A stretch of 64,000 nt of DNA from Paragordius varius (taxonomy: Eukaryota > Animalia > Nematomorpha), in NCBI GenBank assembly GCA_964247055.1, contig OZ176053.1, positions 3,348,001 through 3,412,000 on the forward strand. The letters run 5' to 3'. Shown here in pieces: positions 1 through 15,000 of this stretch. The position numbers were made by a program, and so were the translations under genes. Positions within the stretch are counted from its first letter, which is position 1, and each line of letters starts with the position of its first letter. The notes beneath the pieces are model-generated. The model was not told the origin of the DNA. It searched no databases and saw only the letters and a list, made by a program, of their open reading frames with translations.

Positions 1-412
1 ATACATTGCTAGAAAGTTATTGATTGCCAAATATAGTATATAAAATTAAGGGAAGTATTATTGGCTTATAGTTATTTTTTTCTTTACTATTATTAGCCAA
101 TAATAATTTTCTTTAACAGTTGTTAAATCCGTAAAATAATGATAAACGAAAATTGTTGCATATGCTATTTGGCAATAAATAATAACCTAGCAATATATAC
201 TTACTAATAGTGTAAAACGATATTCAATAAAACAGATAACATACCTTCTAAATCTATCTTATAAAACACGCTTCAATTATTTATCATATGCTGTTAACAA
301 ACATAACAATTAAAGATTTAGTTTGATATCAGGCTAAACAAAGTAACTGCCCTTGTATTAGTAGTAATGATACAAATAACTGTCCAAAAATTCATTAAAA
401 TATAATAGAAAC

Positions 413-1302
413 CTAATATGCCAAATTTAGGGTCGGCAATGTTTACCAACTTTCAGAATTCAAAACAGTTTGGACGTCCGTTTTTGTGGAAAGTAAACTT
501 TCAGGTGCTTTATGAGAATTTTAGTAGAGCGTCTAAAATGCAAGCAGATTTTAATAGCATCAAAAGCTCTTCATATAATGTTTATGGGGGTTTTAAAATT
601 TGAAAAATTATGCATCACTTTTGTCTAAAAACGCCTAGTTTTTACACATTAAAAGAAATAAATAAATTAACTTTTAGTAAACATGTGATTGCCCGTAAGG
701 TACGTAAAGAATTGTTTGATCAATTAAAAAAACTTAGTTTTTATGATTTATAAAGTCTTATTTATACATGTAAAGTCTGAATTCTTATATTCAGGTCTCA
801 AATGGATTAGTCACATGTTTACAATAAAAAAAGGCTGAGCCAGTGCATAACGGTTTTAGACATAACTGATACTTTTGGTAAATACAGTCATGTATCCTTT
901 GTTTTATCAAAAATTTATTTTTTTTTCGTTAAATGGGTATAAATATTTGTTAAAGAATGGAAACAAGAGTTCTTTGCCAAATATTTATACCCATTTTACG
1001 AAAAAAAATAAATTTTTGATAAAATAAAGGATACATGACTGTAAAGCGCCAGTAAACATGTCTTTAAGAAATTTTAACACTTTGTATTGGTTTTTTCTAA
1101 AATCTGATTTTATTAAAAAACTTTCCTTAAAATTATTTTAAATAAAAATTTTATCACGAAGTTTTTATAAAAACCTGCGAAGAATCAGATAATAATTATC
1201 AAGTAACTCGCAAAATTTTTAGATTATAAAAGTTGATGACTTTCCCTATTCAAAAGTATTTATTATATAAATTACATTTTTGACCCTAAATTCGGCACAC
1301 TA
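413..1302. mobile_element. Possible degenerate DNA-transposon relic bounded by imperfect ~21-bp inverted repeats; hosts a nested MITE
   Basis: TAATATGCCAAATTTAGGGTC near 414-434 versus the reverse complement of 1281-1302, TAGTGTGCCGAATTTAGGGTC. No TSD identified. Confidence 0.3.
885..1041. mobile_element. Tc1/mariner-type palindromic MITE (157 bp)
   Basis: TA|CAGTCATGTATCCTTT ... AAAGGATACATGACTG|TA; ~65-bp near-perfect arms and a TA target duplication. Confidence 0.8.
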
Positions 1303-1634
1303 TGAAACATACTAATTAATTTGAGGTATTTTAGGCCATCGCAAGCGCTTTTGTATCTGAGTTTAATGTTATATTGAAGAAACTAAATAAATCATTTTTT
1401 ATAAGGGCCACTTTTCATGTATTTGAATTTTTAAAAATAGCAGTGTTAAAAGGCCGACTCAATTTTTGGCTTTGGTTACAATTCCGTTCTACAGATTTTA
1501 AAAAACTGTTCCTGACAAATTGTTCTCCATTTCCATTATTTTTTGGGCAAATGCTTCTGATCTGTTTTAAATTTTTTAAGGACTTCCTAATTAGTTAATT
1601 AATTAAAAGCCAAATATAAGTCTAGTTATTTAAA

Positions 1635-1800
1635 AGACATGATTAGAAAGGATGAAGGGGAAAGAAAACGATACCGACGACAGATGAGGTGGCTGGTAAA
1701 GAAGATGACATTCAATAGGAAGAAATAGACAACAATGCACGCTATATCAAAAAATCGCTTTCGACTTGGGAAATCCAACCAGCTAACCAACTGCACAATT
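1635..1800 (+). mobile_element. Degenerate 3' fragment of an RTE-clade non-LTR retrotransposon
   Basis: One frame reads KDMIRKDEGERKRYRRQMRWL, resembling the GKIEGxRxRGRxRxRWxD motif near the C-terminus of RTE ORFs. Confidence 0.45.
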
Positions 1801-2324
1801 CTCTTGTCTGCTACTTTCTGAAACTTTAAAATACTATCTATAATATATATATATGTAAATTAAATAATCAAATTATGATTTTCTGACTGTTTAAAACCGC
1901 TTTTTTTGGTTTTAAAAACGGTTTAGGAACCATTTTTTGATTTTTTCTAAAAACCCTTTCAAAAAGTAATATATCGATTCCAATATTGGTTCCGATTTCA
2001 TCTCTGTTTTAACGTCAATTTTAGCCATGCAGCATCCCTAAGGAAATCATACTAATTTTAAACTTAGCTAAATTAAACCTGCTAATATTTGACCTAAAAC
2101 TAGAAAGATAATCAATTCCGATGGTTTTTGTACGATGCTCCTTATAAATAAACGGTTCTTGTGCAGACTACCTTTTATTGAATAAAGAAGCCTTTATGGT
2201 TTTCAAAATAACAATGATCTCATTATCAGTTTTTTCTTATTAGCTTTATTAAATTTGAATGGCGTTTAATACTAAAATTTGCGTAATTATATTTTATCAA
2301 CTGTTTAAAATTTGTATATTAAAG

Positions 2325-5300
2325 CTGTCTCGATGCCCCGAATCAAATAAAAATCTATGATGGGACGACTGATCTGGACCCATTGATAGGTAATGTTTGT
2401 GCCTCCCATAATATTAAATATCAACAAACGAGGGATTATTTATCAAGCGGACCTCAATTACTCCTCCTATACTATCATATATTAATACCTTTATCAAAAA
2501 ATAGTAATGATAAATTAGATGTTTCTAAAAGATCTGATGATAATCAAAATTCCAAAGACTATTTTGAATCTGACCTACTATTTAACCGACCAAATGATGA
2601 ATGGAGAAATCGTAAACCGAAATCTGATATCGGATGCGAAGGATCCAAATATTGCGGTTATCAATTTTCTTATCGGTTTGTACCCATCACCGCTTTTCAT
2701 GCTCCATTAGGTACATTATTTTTTTAGTAAAAGATATTTGTCCAAGATTTGTAAGAAATGTATTATACGTTTTAATTTTTAAAATTAAAATAATATCAAT
2801 AATTTTTACCAATAAAAAATAAAGGGTTGTTTTTTATGACACACAAATTCGATATGGACATGCTGAAAATAAGATTAAAACATAAGGCAGCTAACTACAG
2901 TAATTTGTCTCAAAATCATAATTTTTATGTATAATCTAATTATAAATGCTATTAGACAGTAATTATCATGTTGTCTAATATTTTAATTGTATTTACGAAA
3001 TATCTAAATGATATGCCAAAAAAGTCTTCAACGTACTTATGACTTGAAAATAGTTAGGACCATTTTCCCCGAAAAAAAGGTATCGACAAGGAAAACGTTG
3101 CATAGATGTTTAAGTTTATTCCGCTCAGTTAATGTAAAACAATGAACGCCATAGCTAGCAAAATTCTAAAATTATTTTATTAGCGCTTAATACTGTGTCT
3201 TAATGAAATGATAAAGTTATACAATCTATTAATAAATTTTCTGATTGAGTTTTTCTTAAATTTTGGTGACTAACTAAAAAAATTGTTGAAACAAATAGTA
3301 GTAATATTATTAATATTGTCAACGAGCACGAATATTTTATGTTAAAATAATATTTGATTCCTCGTAAAATTTATTAAATTAAACTGTATCCAAAAAAGTT
3401 TTCAAATTTTGTTTTAATTATATCTATTATTATTTTCTTTTGTTTTAGTTAATCCATTGTAAAAGATACTACCATGTATCGAAAATTTTGGATATAGTTT
3501 AATTTAATAAATATTAAGTAGTAATATTTTTCTAAAATTTGTTAACAGTTTTATGGTTAAAATTAATCAAATATTTATTAATGTCCATACGTTTTTTGAA
3601 TGGTACCTGCTGATTTTGTGAGTCTAAAATACAGGTAAAGCCATTTGTCTTGGACACCCCTGATATAAACATTATTCTATATAAGTTTGATCTTTAAAAC
3701 AATATTTTATTCCAAAATTATGCTTTGAACAAAATTGTAAAGTTGCATTTTGTTAATTTTGCTAATTTGAAAACTGAAAAAATTAATAGTAGCATTAGCA
3801 ATAAAAATAACTGACGTATAAAAGGCCAGTGATAATATACCATATACACTTCCACTCCACCCTCGAACAATTTAAATTCACCCTAATATAAATTATGTGT
3901 TTTTTAAGATTAAAAATTATTTCTATTTTATTATATTTTTAAAAAAAAATTGTTTAAAAATAAATAATATTGAAAAAATAAATGCCATAAAGATATATTT
4001 CATATTAATGATAAGTTATTTTAGCCCACATAATTTATTTTTAGGGTGAATTCGAATTGTTAGAGGGTAAATCTGAATTGATCAAGGGTGAGTCTGAATT
4101 GAAAATGGTATAATTTAATATGCTTGTTCTAGCTCCAGAACCAAATATGGAGGTTAAAATCTAAAAGAATCGCTATTATTTCCAAAATTGCAATATTTGA
4201 TAATTATTCAAATTTAAAACCTCCAATAAATCATAAAATATATGATCAGGCTAAGTTAGGTGAAAAAGAAATTGTTATGGCCATTTTTCAAATATAATTA
4301 ACGCAGTATGAGTACTGTAATTTAATAAATTCTAAAGTTATTATCTGCAACTAGAGACTTTTCACATATTTTTGACAAAAAATATTTGATTTTGAACATT
4401 AAGATAAGTATAAAAAACTACGGTTTTATAATTTTATTTTTTTATTAAATTAATACATAGCTGAGAAACCCAAATTATATAGATTACATAAAATAAACAA
4501 TTTTATCAATAAATTTTTGTCAAGTATGTTTAGTGTCTTTTATACTATATATTTTTAAGTATTATAGGGATTATAAAGTTTTTCAATCCATATATCATTG
4601 GGGACATAAGAGTAAGATATCATCCACATAAATCGATGAAGTCAGACATACATTTTGTTTTTAATCTTAGTATATATATGTTTTAAGAAATAAAATTCTT
4701 AATGTCGCAAATTATCTGCGTATCCAATTTGTAAAAGCGTCTAATTTAGTACTACTTTGCGATATTCTATATTTCAAATATTTCCCACTTGCATAAAAAT
4801 ATTAAAAATGAGATAAGAAAAAATTTTTTTCCAATAGAATAGCGTATAGTATATAACAAAGTTTGTCCATAATTATATATACAAAATGTCAAAAGAAGGG
4901 AAAACATGTTTCAACCATTTGTTGTTTTTTACCATACGCTACTGTATATTGGACTAATTAATTCACGCATACTCAATTACATACACATGTTAACGCCAGA
5001 AATGGTGTACCATTTGTCCATGTTTTTTCACTCTATTCTATATTCTAAAAAAATCCCTCATGAACACTAAGGGTTTATTTATCAAAATATTATTATCATA
5101 AATTACATTTTATTCTGTAACTTCACATTGTTGGTATTCCTTAAAATTAAAAGTTTTATCATAATAAACACTACAAATTATTCATGTCTTTTATTTGTAT
5201 CAAGAATAGTCAAGCAAAAAATTAGAGAGTTTTGCTAATTTAAGTTCATTAACTTTGTAAATACGTAAGTAATATATTGAAACGGTCAAATTGTAAACAT

Positions 5301-5992
5301 TGCGTCGTGCTTTATTTTATTTATAAATTTATTCTGTGGTTTTACGAAAAAATACAGTAACAGTATTATTTTTGCATCCTTTCGCCGTTAGTTAGATATT
5401 AAATTAATAAAAAGCACACACTATAAAATATAATTAAATATATAATGTATATACGAAGAAGAATTTATCATTTTGTATTGTGTTCATTATATATATAGGT
5501 TCCCCTTTCCTATTTTTTATCATCTATCTCTATGAAATGTTTATGCGCGTGTAGATATTACATCATTTATAGTATTTTTAAACTATTTTACGGAGCTCTT
5601 TTTTAGTAAAAATTCAATACTTTTTGATTGAAAAATAATTTCACTGCATAAATGATCTTAATATACCACACATCGTTATGATATTTAAAGATTCCATCTA
5701 ACAAATTCTCTGAACCTTTTTAATATTATAAATATTTTTTTACTATGACGCTCGCCACAATATCAAAAAAGCATAGATATATATATATATATATATGAAT
5801 ATATTAATATATTTCCCATTTTGAATCAATTAATTTTGTTCGCATAAGGATAATATAATCCAAAAAGTTTTATCACCTATAATTTATTCAAATAAATATT
5901 CCCAAAATCCAAAATGTTATTTCATATTTTTCTTTGTATTTTGGCCGAAATTAATGGGATATTGGGAGTAGTAGGTACAATATTAATTTGTC

Positions 5993-6027
<35 letters not shown>

Positions 6028-9000
6028 ACCAAATACCAAGTATAATTTTCTATGAAAAATTCAGTTAAGGCCCATTATAGCTATTAAAGACTTGTATATT
6101 ATCCGGATGAATAAAATAATTAATAATTTCACCTTATTTCAACAAAATTACTAAAAAATATATTGCGTAAATTAAAAATATTCAAATTCATCTTACAATT
6201 ATAGCTCTTGTGAGAAATTTAAATTTTTTCTATCGTTTTTATGGCCGAAAAAAATAGCAAACTTTATCGTTTTTTAGGCTTTGGAAAACATAAATGATGG
6301 TAACAAAATACTTAGACTTCAGATGTATTCCAGAAGGATTTGCGGAAAATATTTCATCATTTCTTCAAAACTCAGAGTTTTATTGTAATACAAATTAATA
6401 ATAATTAAGAGACAAAAAGATTAAAAAAGGCTATTTTAATGCCTCTTTTGCGAGAAAGTAGTTTTAAAAGCTTAACTAGTGACACAATTTCCATCAATGT
6501 CAATTTAATATTTTGAATTGTTGTACCATGTTAATTATAATGTAATTTAATTTTATCGAAAATTTTTATGGTTTTTTACTTTCAGATTCGACATGTGATA
6601 AAACCATATTGAGTACCGTGTCACAAAATGGTACCATCACAAGTCCGAATTACCCTGCACCATATCCAGGCAAACAACAATGCATTTATCAATTTGTGGG
6701 GAGAGGCAAGGAGAGAATACAAATAACATTTCTAGATTTTAAACTGTTTCATCCACAAAATAATCCACATCAGTAAGTTATGTTTACTAATAGTATCCCA
6801 TAAGTTTCAAAAATGTTTCATTATTTAATTTTTAAAAAAGTCTAAAGATAAGAGGAACCATATTAAAGGTTATTCATTTACGAAATTTGCTATGGCCAAA
6901 GGCTAATTCTATCATGGTATCCGTGTGTACATGTGCCTGTATTAACCTTAAAATGGTTTTAGTAATTATTAGGTCAGCTATGCATCTAAAAGCGCAAATT
7001 GTTACTACTTAACTTTAAATTAATAATAAAAAAATAAATTTAATAATTAAGGTCAAAATATACATAATTAATTGAATTTACCACAGCAAAATTCATTTGT
7101 CATTTAAAAAATTATCTTAATATTAATTAACATAACTTATAAATTACATATAAACAGATCATTAACTGAAAGAAAACATATTAATTGAAACCAGTTATAA
7201 AATTTCATTATCGGATGATATTTAAGGACTTGTAATTTAAACTTTTTAACCTAATTAAAATCCGAAACTTGGAATTACTTTTATATCATGGCTTATTGTC
7301 CGTAACATGACCCTTTGAAATATTAAATACATTTTTGAAAGATTAATTTTTTTAATTGTTAATATGTTTTATAAATTCGCCAAAAAATTACATAAAATTA
7401 AATATTATTTTTTTATTGTTTTTTTTAATGATAACTCAAAACTTAGTGTTAGGGCTCTACAGAGCACAGTTTTTTATAAAAAAGTTAGTTTATAGTTTTC
7501 ATCTTATAAGAAAACCATATACTATTTAAAGTATATTTTCATTTTGGCGTAAAAGTTGTTTAGATGTGGATGTTGTTGAAATAGCCACAAAGAAAAATGA
7601 AGAAGAATCGATTATTGAAGAATTTTGCGGATCTACCCTACCTCCATCTGTTATGTCAAGCGGACATTCGTTGAATGTTGATTTCAAAGCTTACACTAGT
7701 GCGCCCAAAGTTCGGGGCTTCAAATTTCAATATTCATTCGTTAAGGGTAAATAAAATTTTATTTGTCATATCAATGATTGTACTTAGTAGTTCAATTGAT
7801 CGTGGGTTATATAATTAATTATACCATTTTATAAAAAAACATTTTTAGTGTTTACGCCAGGAGTGTCCAACACAAATGGCTTCGCGGGCCGCATTTTGAT
7901 ATATATATATAGGCATTTATAAATAATTTATTAGATTTCAAACGTAGGATCGTAATATGCCAACACATTTTAATAATTTTTACCAGTTTTTGTCAATTGA
8001 GTAGACTTATTTAGAAAAATTTGTTTATAAAATAAGTTTTTTGAAAGCATAATTTTGCAAATTATGGACTGCCTATTTTTTCGCGGGCTCCCTGGTTTAC
8101 ACCAAGCATATGTAATTTTTATATGATAATCGATATAAAAACCAATTTTGGGCAATTATCATGGTATTAATTGTTTTTAGCCAATTCACCCTTGAACAAT
8201 TCAACACCCTCGAACAATTCAAATTTACCCTAAAAATAAATTATGTTTTTTGGGCTAATTAAACTCCCCATTAATATGAAATATATCTTAATAGCAAATT
8301 ATATTATTTTTTCAGTATAATTTTAATTTTAAACAAATTATTTTTTGAAAATATAAAAAATTAGTAATTTTTAATCTTGAAAAAAAAAACTTAATTTATT
8401 TTAGGGTAAATTTGAATTGTTCGAGGGTGTTGAATTGTTCAAGGGTGAATTTGAATTCTCAATGGTATATATATATCATTTTGAACTAAGTTGGATTCGT
8501 TAATGATAACACTAGACAACAAATTTTTCTGCCACTCGAGTTTTTTGCATTTTCTGATATTTAGTATCATTTTAACAGTAAATCTGAAATAAAAATTTTA
8601 ACTCGATGGAAGAATTTTGTATAAATTGATTTTTTTGATTATGCGCCCTCTTTATCAAAATTTTACTAAAAAATGTTTTTCTTAGAAAATATACAAGTAA
8701 TGCCCATTTGTAATATATCATTCGAAAGAGTATTAAAAACTCTATAAAATGCATACTAATATGTATTACATCGACAGTTAATATTGGACACAAAGAGCGA
8801 CAAACGCGCGAAGCGAGAGCATTTTTTTTAATTATTATATTTTTAAAACTAATGGATGAAAATAGCTCAAACTTTGTTTAGATGGAGATGAATGTCCAAA
8901 AAAGATAACGCAAGAAAGTTTTTTTTGATTAAAACATTTTTTATTGCTTTTATGTCACTCAAAACAGATATTTTTAAGTTTTTTGTTTTTTAAAAATTAC

Positions 9001-12000
9001 CATCTCATCAATATTAATTTATTTTCTTTACAAGGCTGATAATTTTGAAATTTTAAAGATAAAAACAAAGTTTAAGGTATTTTTGATCTTTTATAGCCAT
9101 CATGTAATAAATTTACAGTTATAACTATGCATTTTAGTATCCACTAGGTAAAATATTTATGATAATAATAATTTTTATTAAAAAAGCAAACCCTGAGCTT
9201 TTTTAAACATTTTTTAAATTAAATACTAATATAACCCTAATAATTATATTAAAATAATTTATATGATTTTCAAATTAGTTTGTCTGTGAAAATTCTTGAT
9301 TTATTTAAGGATTGAAAATTTCGACCATTTAAATCCAAATAACTTTTACATCCCATTGATTTAAATGACTTACTACCATTTAAAAGATTCAGTTTTTTGC
9401 GCTCTTTCGAATGATATAAAATACATGGCTTCATATCTAAAACTTTAAATTTTCGAAATTTCGAGTTTAATGTTAAATCGGGGCCAAAAATTATCGATAA
9501 ACTCTAATATAAAAAAAATTCTTCCATGCTAGACCAATTTTCTTTTCAGATATACTAATTATGTACTTTAATGAAATAAATTTTAAATTTACAAGAATGG
9601 CAGTTAAAAAAAGTTAAAATTTGTTGTCTAGTGTAATAGATGTTTTAATGGCACACGCCTAATAAACTTTATTGCATAAAATTTAAAAATACTCCAATTT
9701 CTTATGATTAAAGGTAAACTGTTAGCCAAATTTTTTGATAGAAAAACACCATCTTATATAGAAAAATGATAATAAAAGCGCAATTGCTAGTTTTATAGAA
9801 TAAGATTTGATATGGCTAAAGAGAGGATTTTTTTAAATTGTATATAAAATATCATTGACAATTAATTTATATATATGAATTTGAATTGTTATATATATAA
9901 ATTCTCATTTTTAGAATATTTTTAGCATCGGATGCATTAAAATTCCAAATTCGAAAATTTATTTTATTTAACTACTTGTTGTTTCAAGTAAATACTTAAT
10001 TTGAATGTAATTTAACCAGGATTGTCTAATAACGGCCTCTCGGGTCACATTTTCAACCCAAAAAATCCGGGCAATCAAAAAATATGTAATGCTATACATA
10101 ATACATAAGTTTGTCCCTAAAATTCTATACTGTTTAAATTATATTAAAATCAATCTAAATTTAAAAATATTAAATTATGTAATAAGATAAATTGGCCCAA
10201 AATGTGTTTTATCTCACATTTTTTGAAAAATAATCTGGCCAGTTATAAGCGACTTAAAAAATAATCGCTTTTGAGGGTCAAAATCATATAAGGAAAATAA
10301 ATTTGAAATGAATATAAGCAGTCAGCTGTTTTAAAAATTTCATTGTTGATTTTTATTTTTAATCAAAATGACGAAACTTTGATAATCAACATACAATTAT
10401 AATTAAATGCATAAATTAAAAACTTTTCAGCTTCAATTTTAAAATGAAGCATCTTTATGCAAAAATTCGGTTTTTGAAAAAATCAATATGTCTGGGTTTT
10501 GAATTTTCCAAAACTAAATTTAATAACGCTTAGTTTTTATACACTAATTTAACCTTTTAAGCCAAACCATGTGATTAACCAGATCGGTACTTGAGATCAA
10601 TGAAAAACGGGTTTTTTTTGAAAACAGAAGTCCACAAAAATCGTGTCTTTGAGACAATTTTCCGGAGAACGTGTTGGGCCATTCAATTTTAAATATGATT
10701 TTTGTTTACTTATTTTCGATTGCGCTGAACATAGCCGAGCCACTTTTTTGATTTAGGCCCTCTTTTTACCCGCTCCCCCCGTGAAATGCCACCTTTTTCA
10801 AAAAACAAAGTCCACAAAAATATTTTTTTGATTGTATTTTTTTGCCCACGGTATGAGACTGTAAAAATTCGAGAAAGATTTTTCGTATTGCCTGTTAAAA
10901 GGCAAAATTTTAGTCAGGCGTTTTTTTTGATGATAGATGCTGAGTAAGGAGTATCTATCATATGTATAGCATGTTAAAAGATATATGGATATTAATACAT
11001 TATTTATGGTAATCTATATATTTATAAAAATGGAAAATGCTGGCTTTGTGATCTGGTACAGGAAAACCGGTAGACCCAATCAAATCCAAATGTCGAAAAA
11101 ATTTAATCATTAATGAATGCCCCGACAATAGCTTCGCCCTTTTTTGGAATTAGGTCCCCAGTTCGGGCCCACCCCGTGTGAAAAATGGGTTAAGTCAATT
11201 TTTTGGAGAACGTGTTGGACCATTCAATTTCAAATATGATTTTGTTTACTTATTTTCGATTGCGCCGAACATAGTCGAGTCACTTTTTTGATTTAGGCCC
11301 TCTTTTTACCCGCTCCCCCCGTAAAATGCCACCTTTTTCAAAAAACAAAGTCCACAAAAATATTTTTTTGATTGTATTTTTTTGCCCACGGTATGAGACT
11401 GTAAAAATTCGAGAAAGATTTTTCGTATTGCCTGTTAAAAGGCAAAATTTTAGTCAGGCGTTTTTTTTGATGATAGATGCTGAGTAAGGAGTATCTATCA
11501 TATGTATAGCATGTTAAAAGATATATGGATATTAATACATTATTTATGGTAATCTATATATTTATAAAAATGGAAAATGCTGGCTTTGTGATCTGGTACA
11601 GGAAAACCGGTAGACCCAATCAAATCCAAATATCGAAAAAATATAATCATTAATGAATGCCCCGACAATAGCTTCGCCCTTTTTTTGAAATAGGCCCCCA
11701 GTTCGGGCCCACCCCGTATGAAAAACGGGTTTTTTTGAAAACAGAAGTCCACAAAAATAATTTTTTATATCGATTTTTCGCCCTAGGTATGAGACAGTAA
11801 AAATTCAATAAAGATTCCACGTATTCCCTGTTAAAAGGCAAAAATTTTAGTCAACCGTTTATTTGATGATAGCTGCTGGGTAAGGAGCTACCCGCTAAAA
11901 ACTGATTTTTCATATAACTTTGTGATCTGTTTCCGGAAAACCGGTAGACCCAATCAAATCCAAATGTCGAAAAAATTTAATCATTAATGAATTCCCCGAC

Positions 12001-15000
12001 AATAGCTTCGCCCTTTTTTGGAATTAGGTCCCCAGTTTGGGCCCACCCCGTGTGAAAAATGGGTTAAGTCAATTTTTTGGAGAACGTGTTGGACCATTCA
12101 ATTTCAAATATGATTTCGTTTACTTATTTTCGATTGCGCCGAACATAGTCGAGTCACTTTTTTGATTTAGGCCCTCTTTTTACCCGCTCCCCCCGTAAAA
12201 TGCCACCTTTTTCAAAAAACAAAGTCCACAAAAATATTTTTTTGATTGTATTTTTTTGCCCACGGTATGAGACTGTAAAAATTCGAGAAAGATTTTTCGT
12301 ATTGCCTGTTAAAAGGCAAAATTTTAGTCAGGCGTTTTTTTGATGATAGCTGCTGAGTAAGGAGTATCTATCATATGTATAGCATGTTAAAAGATATATG
12401 GATATTAAAACCTTATTTATGGTAATCTATATATTTATAAAAATGGAAAATGCTGGCTTTGTGATCTGGTACAGGAAAACCGATAGACCCATTAAAATCC
12501 AAACTTCGAACCCCCCCTCTTCCCCCCCCCCCCAGAAGTCCGAAGGACTTCCTCGGGCTGCGTAGCAGCACGAGATTCACGCTAGTAATTTAATAAATAG
12601 TAAAATGGGTATTTTATTATTTATGATTCATAATTAAATTCAGTAATTACTATTTTTCAACATGATAAATACCTGTATTAATCGATATTGGTATTATTTT
12701 ATATAGTTGTTATTAGTAATTAAAATACAGGTTATATATTTGTTAAAATTTAAGTAGATTTTGGATTGTTTTTGTTTTTATGTTATTCATTGTCAATTTT
12801 TATGTATTGACATTTTAATCAGGTGAAAATTGCGGTTTTTAAATTTAGTCAAATTTAATTTTTTTGTTTTTTATTTAACATTGTTAATTGTAATTAATTA
12901 CATATTGTGATTTCAATAATTACAGGTGAAAATTGTGGTTTTTAATAAATTTAGTTAAATTGAATTTTTTCGTTTTTTAGGATTTGCATTGTTAATTGTA
13001 ATTAATTACTACATATTGGAAATTTAAAAAAAAACAGGTAAAAATGGCGGTTTCAAATTTTTTTTTATTGATAATTGTAATTAATTACATATTGTGGACA
13101 TTTTAATAATTACAGGAATTGCAGTTTTTAATAAATTTACTAAAAATTGAGTTTTTATTTTTTAGGATTTGCATTGTTAATTGTTTTATTTGGTCATTTT
13201 AATAAATACAGGTAAAAATAAAAACCGCAATTTTCACATGTTTATAAAATGTCGAAAATATATGATAATTAATAACAAATAACAATGATACAAAAATTAA
13301 ATTTGAAATTTGTTAAAAACCGCCATTTTTACCTGTGTTTTTTAAAATTTCCAAATATATAGTAATTAATTACAATTAACAATGTTATGTAAAAAACAAA
13401 AAAATTAAATTTGACCTAATTTAAAAACCGCAATTTTTACCTGATTAAAATGTCAATACATAAAAATTGACAATGAATAACATAAAAACAAAAACAATCC
13501 AAAATCTACTTAAATTTTAACAAATATATAACCTGTATTTTAATTACTAATAACAACTATATAAATAATACCAATATCGATTAATACAGTTATTTATCAT
13601 GTTGAAAAATAGTAATTATTGAATTTAATTATGAATCATAAATAGTAAAATTACCCATTTTACTATTTATTAAATTATTAAAGATAAAAACCCACAAAAT
13701 TCCGCATCTAAATACGTAACAACAATATTTCAAATGTTAACATAAATTGCTATAATATTCTCAAAATTTAACATTACAAAATATCCATCAAATTTAAGTG
13801 AAGGGTTAGTAGTTAGTGTATTTTCATTTTTTTATCAAAGATTTTCGACGCCCTTCCCCCACACTTCTTTTACTTTTTTAAAGAATATGATATGGTAATA
13901 CCATATTGCTCTTGTTTTTATATTCTTTACCAAATATTAATACCCAATTAACGAAAAAAAGTAAATCTTTAACAATATAAAGTCTACATGACTGTATAAT
14001 AATATGTGTTTTAAATAATATTAATATATTAAAGAACATAGACTCAAGGACTTTATCTTTTAACGTTCCATATTGTTGTATCTATATTTTTAGCTGTACC
14101 ATAGCCTCAAATATTTTACTCGATTAGCACATTGCACACTTTTGTTTAAATATCGCGTTTTCTAAATAAGCAAAAATATAACCTGCAAATATACTATCCC
14201 TATAAGTGATTCTCGCAAAATTCAAAATGGGCCAAATACTCGACTAAAGGACCTGGCCGAAAAAGCATAAAAGAGCCAGAACTTACTAATACACTTTTTT
14301 TAATTTTTGACTCTAAGCGTAATTTAAAATAATTGACATTCATATAAAATATAGTCACAGAAAATGTATGAAATTTGTAAATTTATAAATAAAAAATAAT
14401 TTTATCTGGCCGGGTCGATGGAAAGAAAGTTGCATTTTTCTTTTGCAGTTATTAATAACATTTTATATTTTTAGATTTTGGAATTCGTACCGGAAAACAA
14501 GATAATAGTTATGGTAAGATTTTTCTTTATTATTGATGAATTTTTATATTCTGAAATTTGACATTTATTTATACCATTTGCACTTCAAGAGTGTCCTTGA
14601 ACACTAAGTTGGTCTTTGAACAAATTGATCCTTAAGCATTTCAAATTGGTCCTTAAAATTTTTAATTTTAATTTAACCATAATTTTTGCATATATTTTTT
14701 TATTTTATTATTTATGAACCTAATTTTCTTTATTTTTTTATATTTATTTATTTAAAAATTTTTTATTGAAAAACCATTTTTTTGTTTCAAACTATATTTT
14801 TTCAATCCAACAAAATTATTAACTTTTAAATGTTTTTGATAACAAATTTTAATTAATAACCCAGAAAACGTATATTTTTTTATTTCCTGTTAAAATCTTA
14901 TAAATATCCAAAAAAGTTTCAAGAAATCAATAAAGATATACGGTTTCTCAATGATTAAAAGTTGATATTGATTTAAAATATAAACTATAAAATAGATGAA

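Noticed and set aside
11540-11841. ORFs in the 10.6-12.5 kb cluster and at 22306-22680
   Set aside because: They lie in non-coding Helitron-derived repeats; no Rep/helicase motifs were seen.
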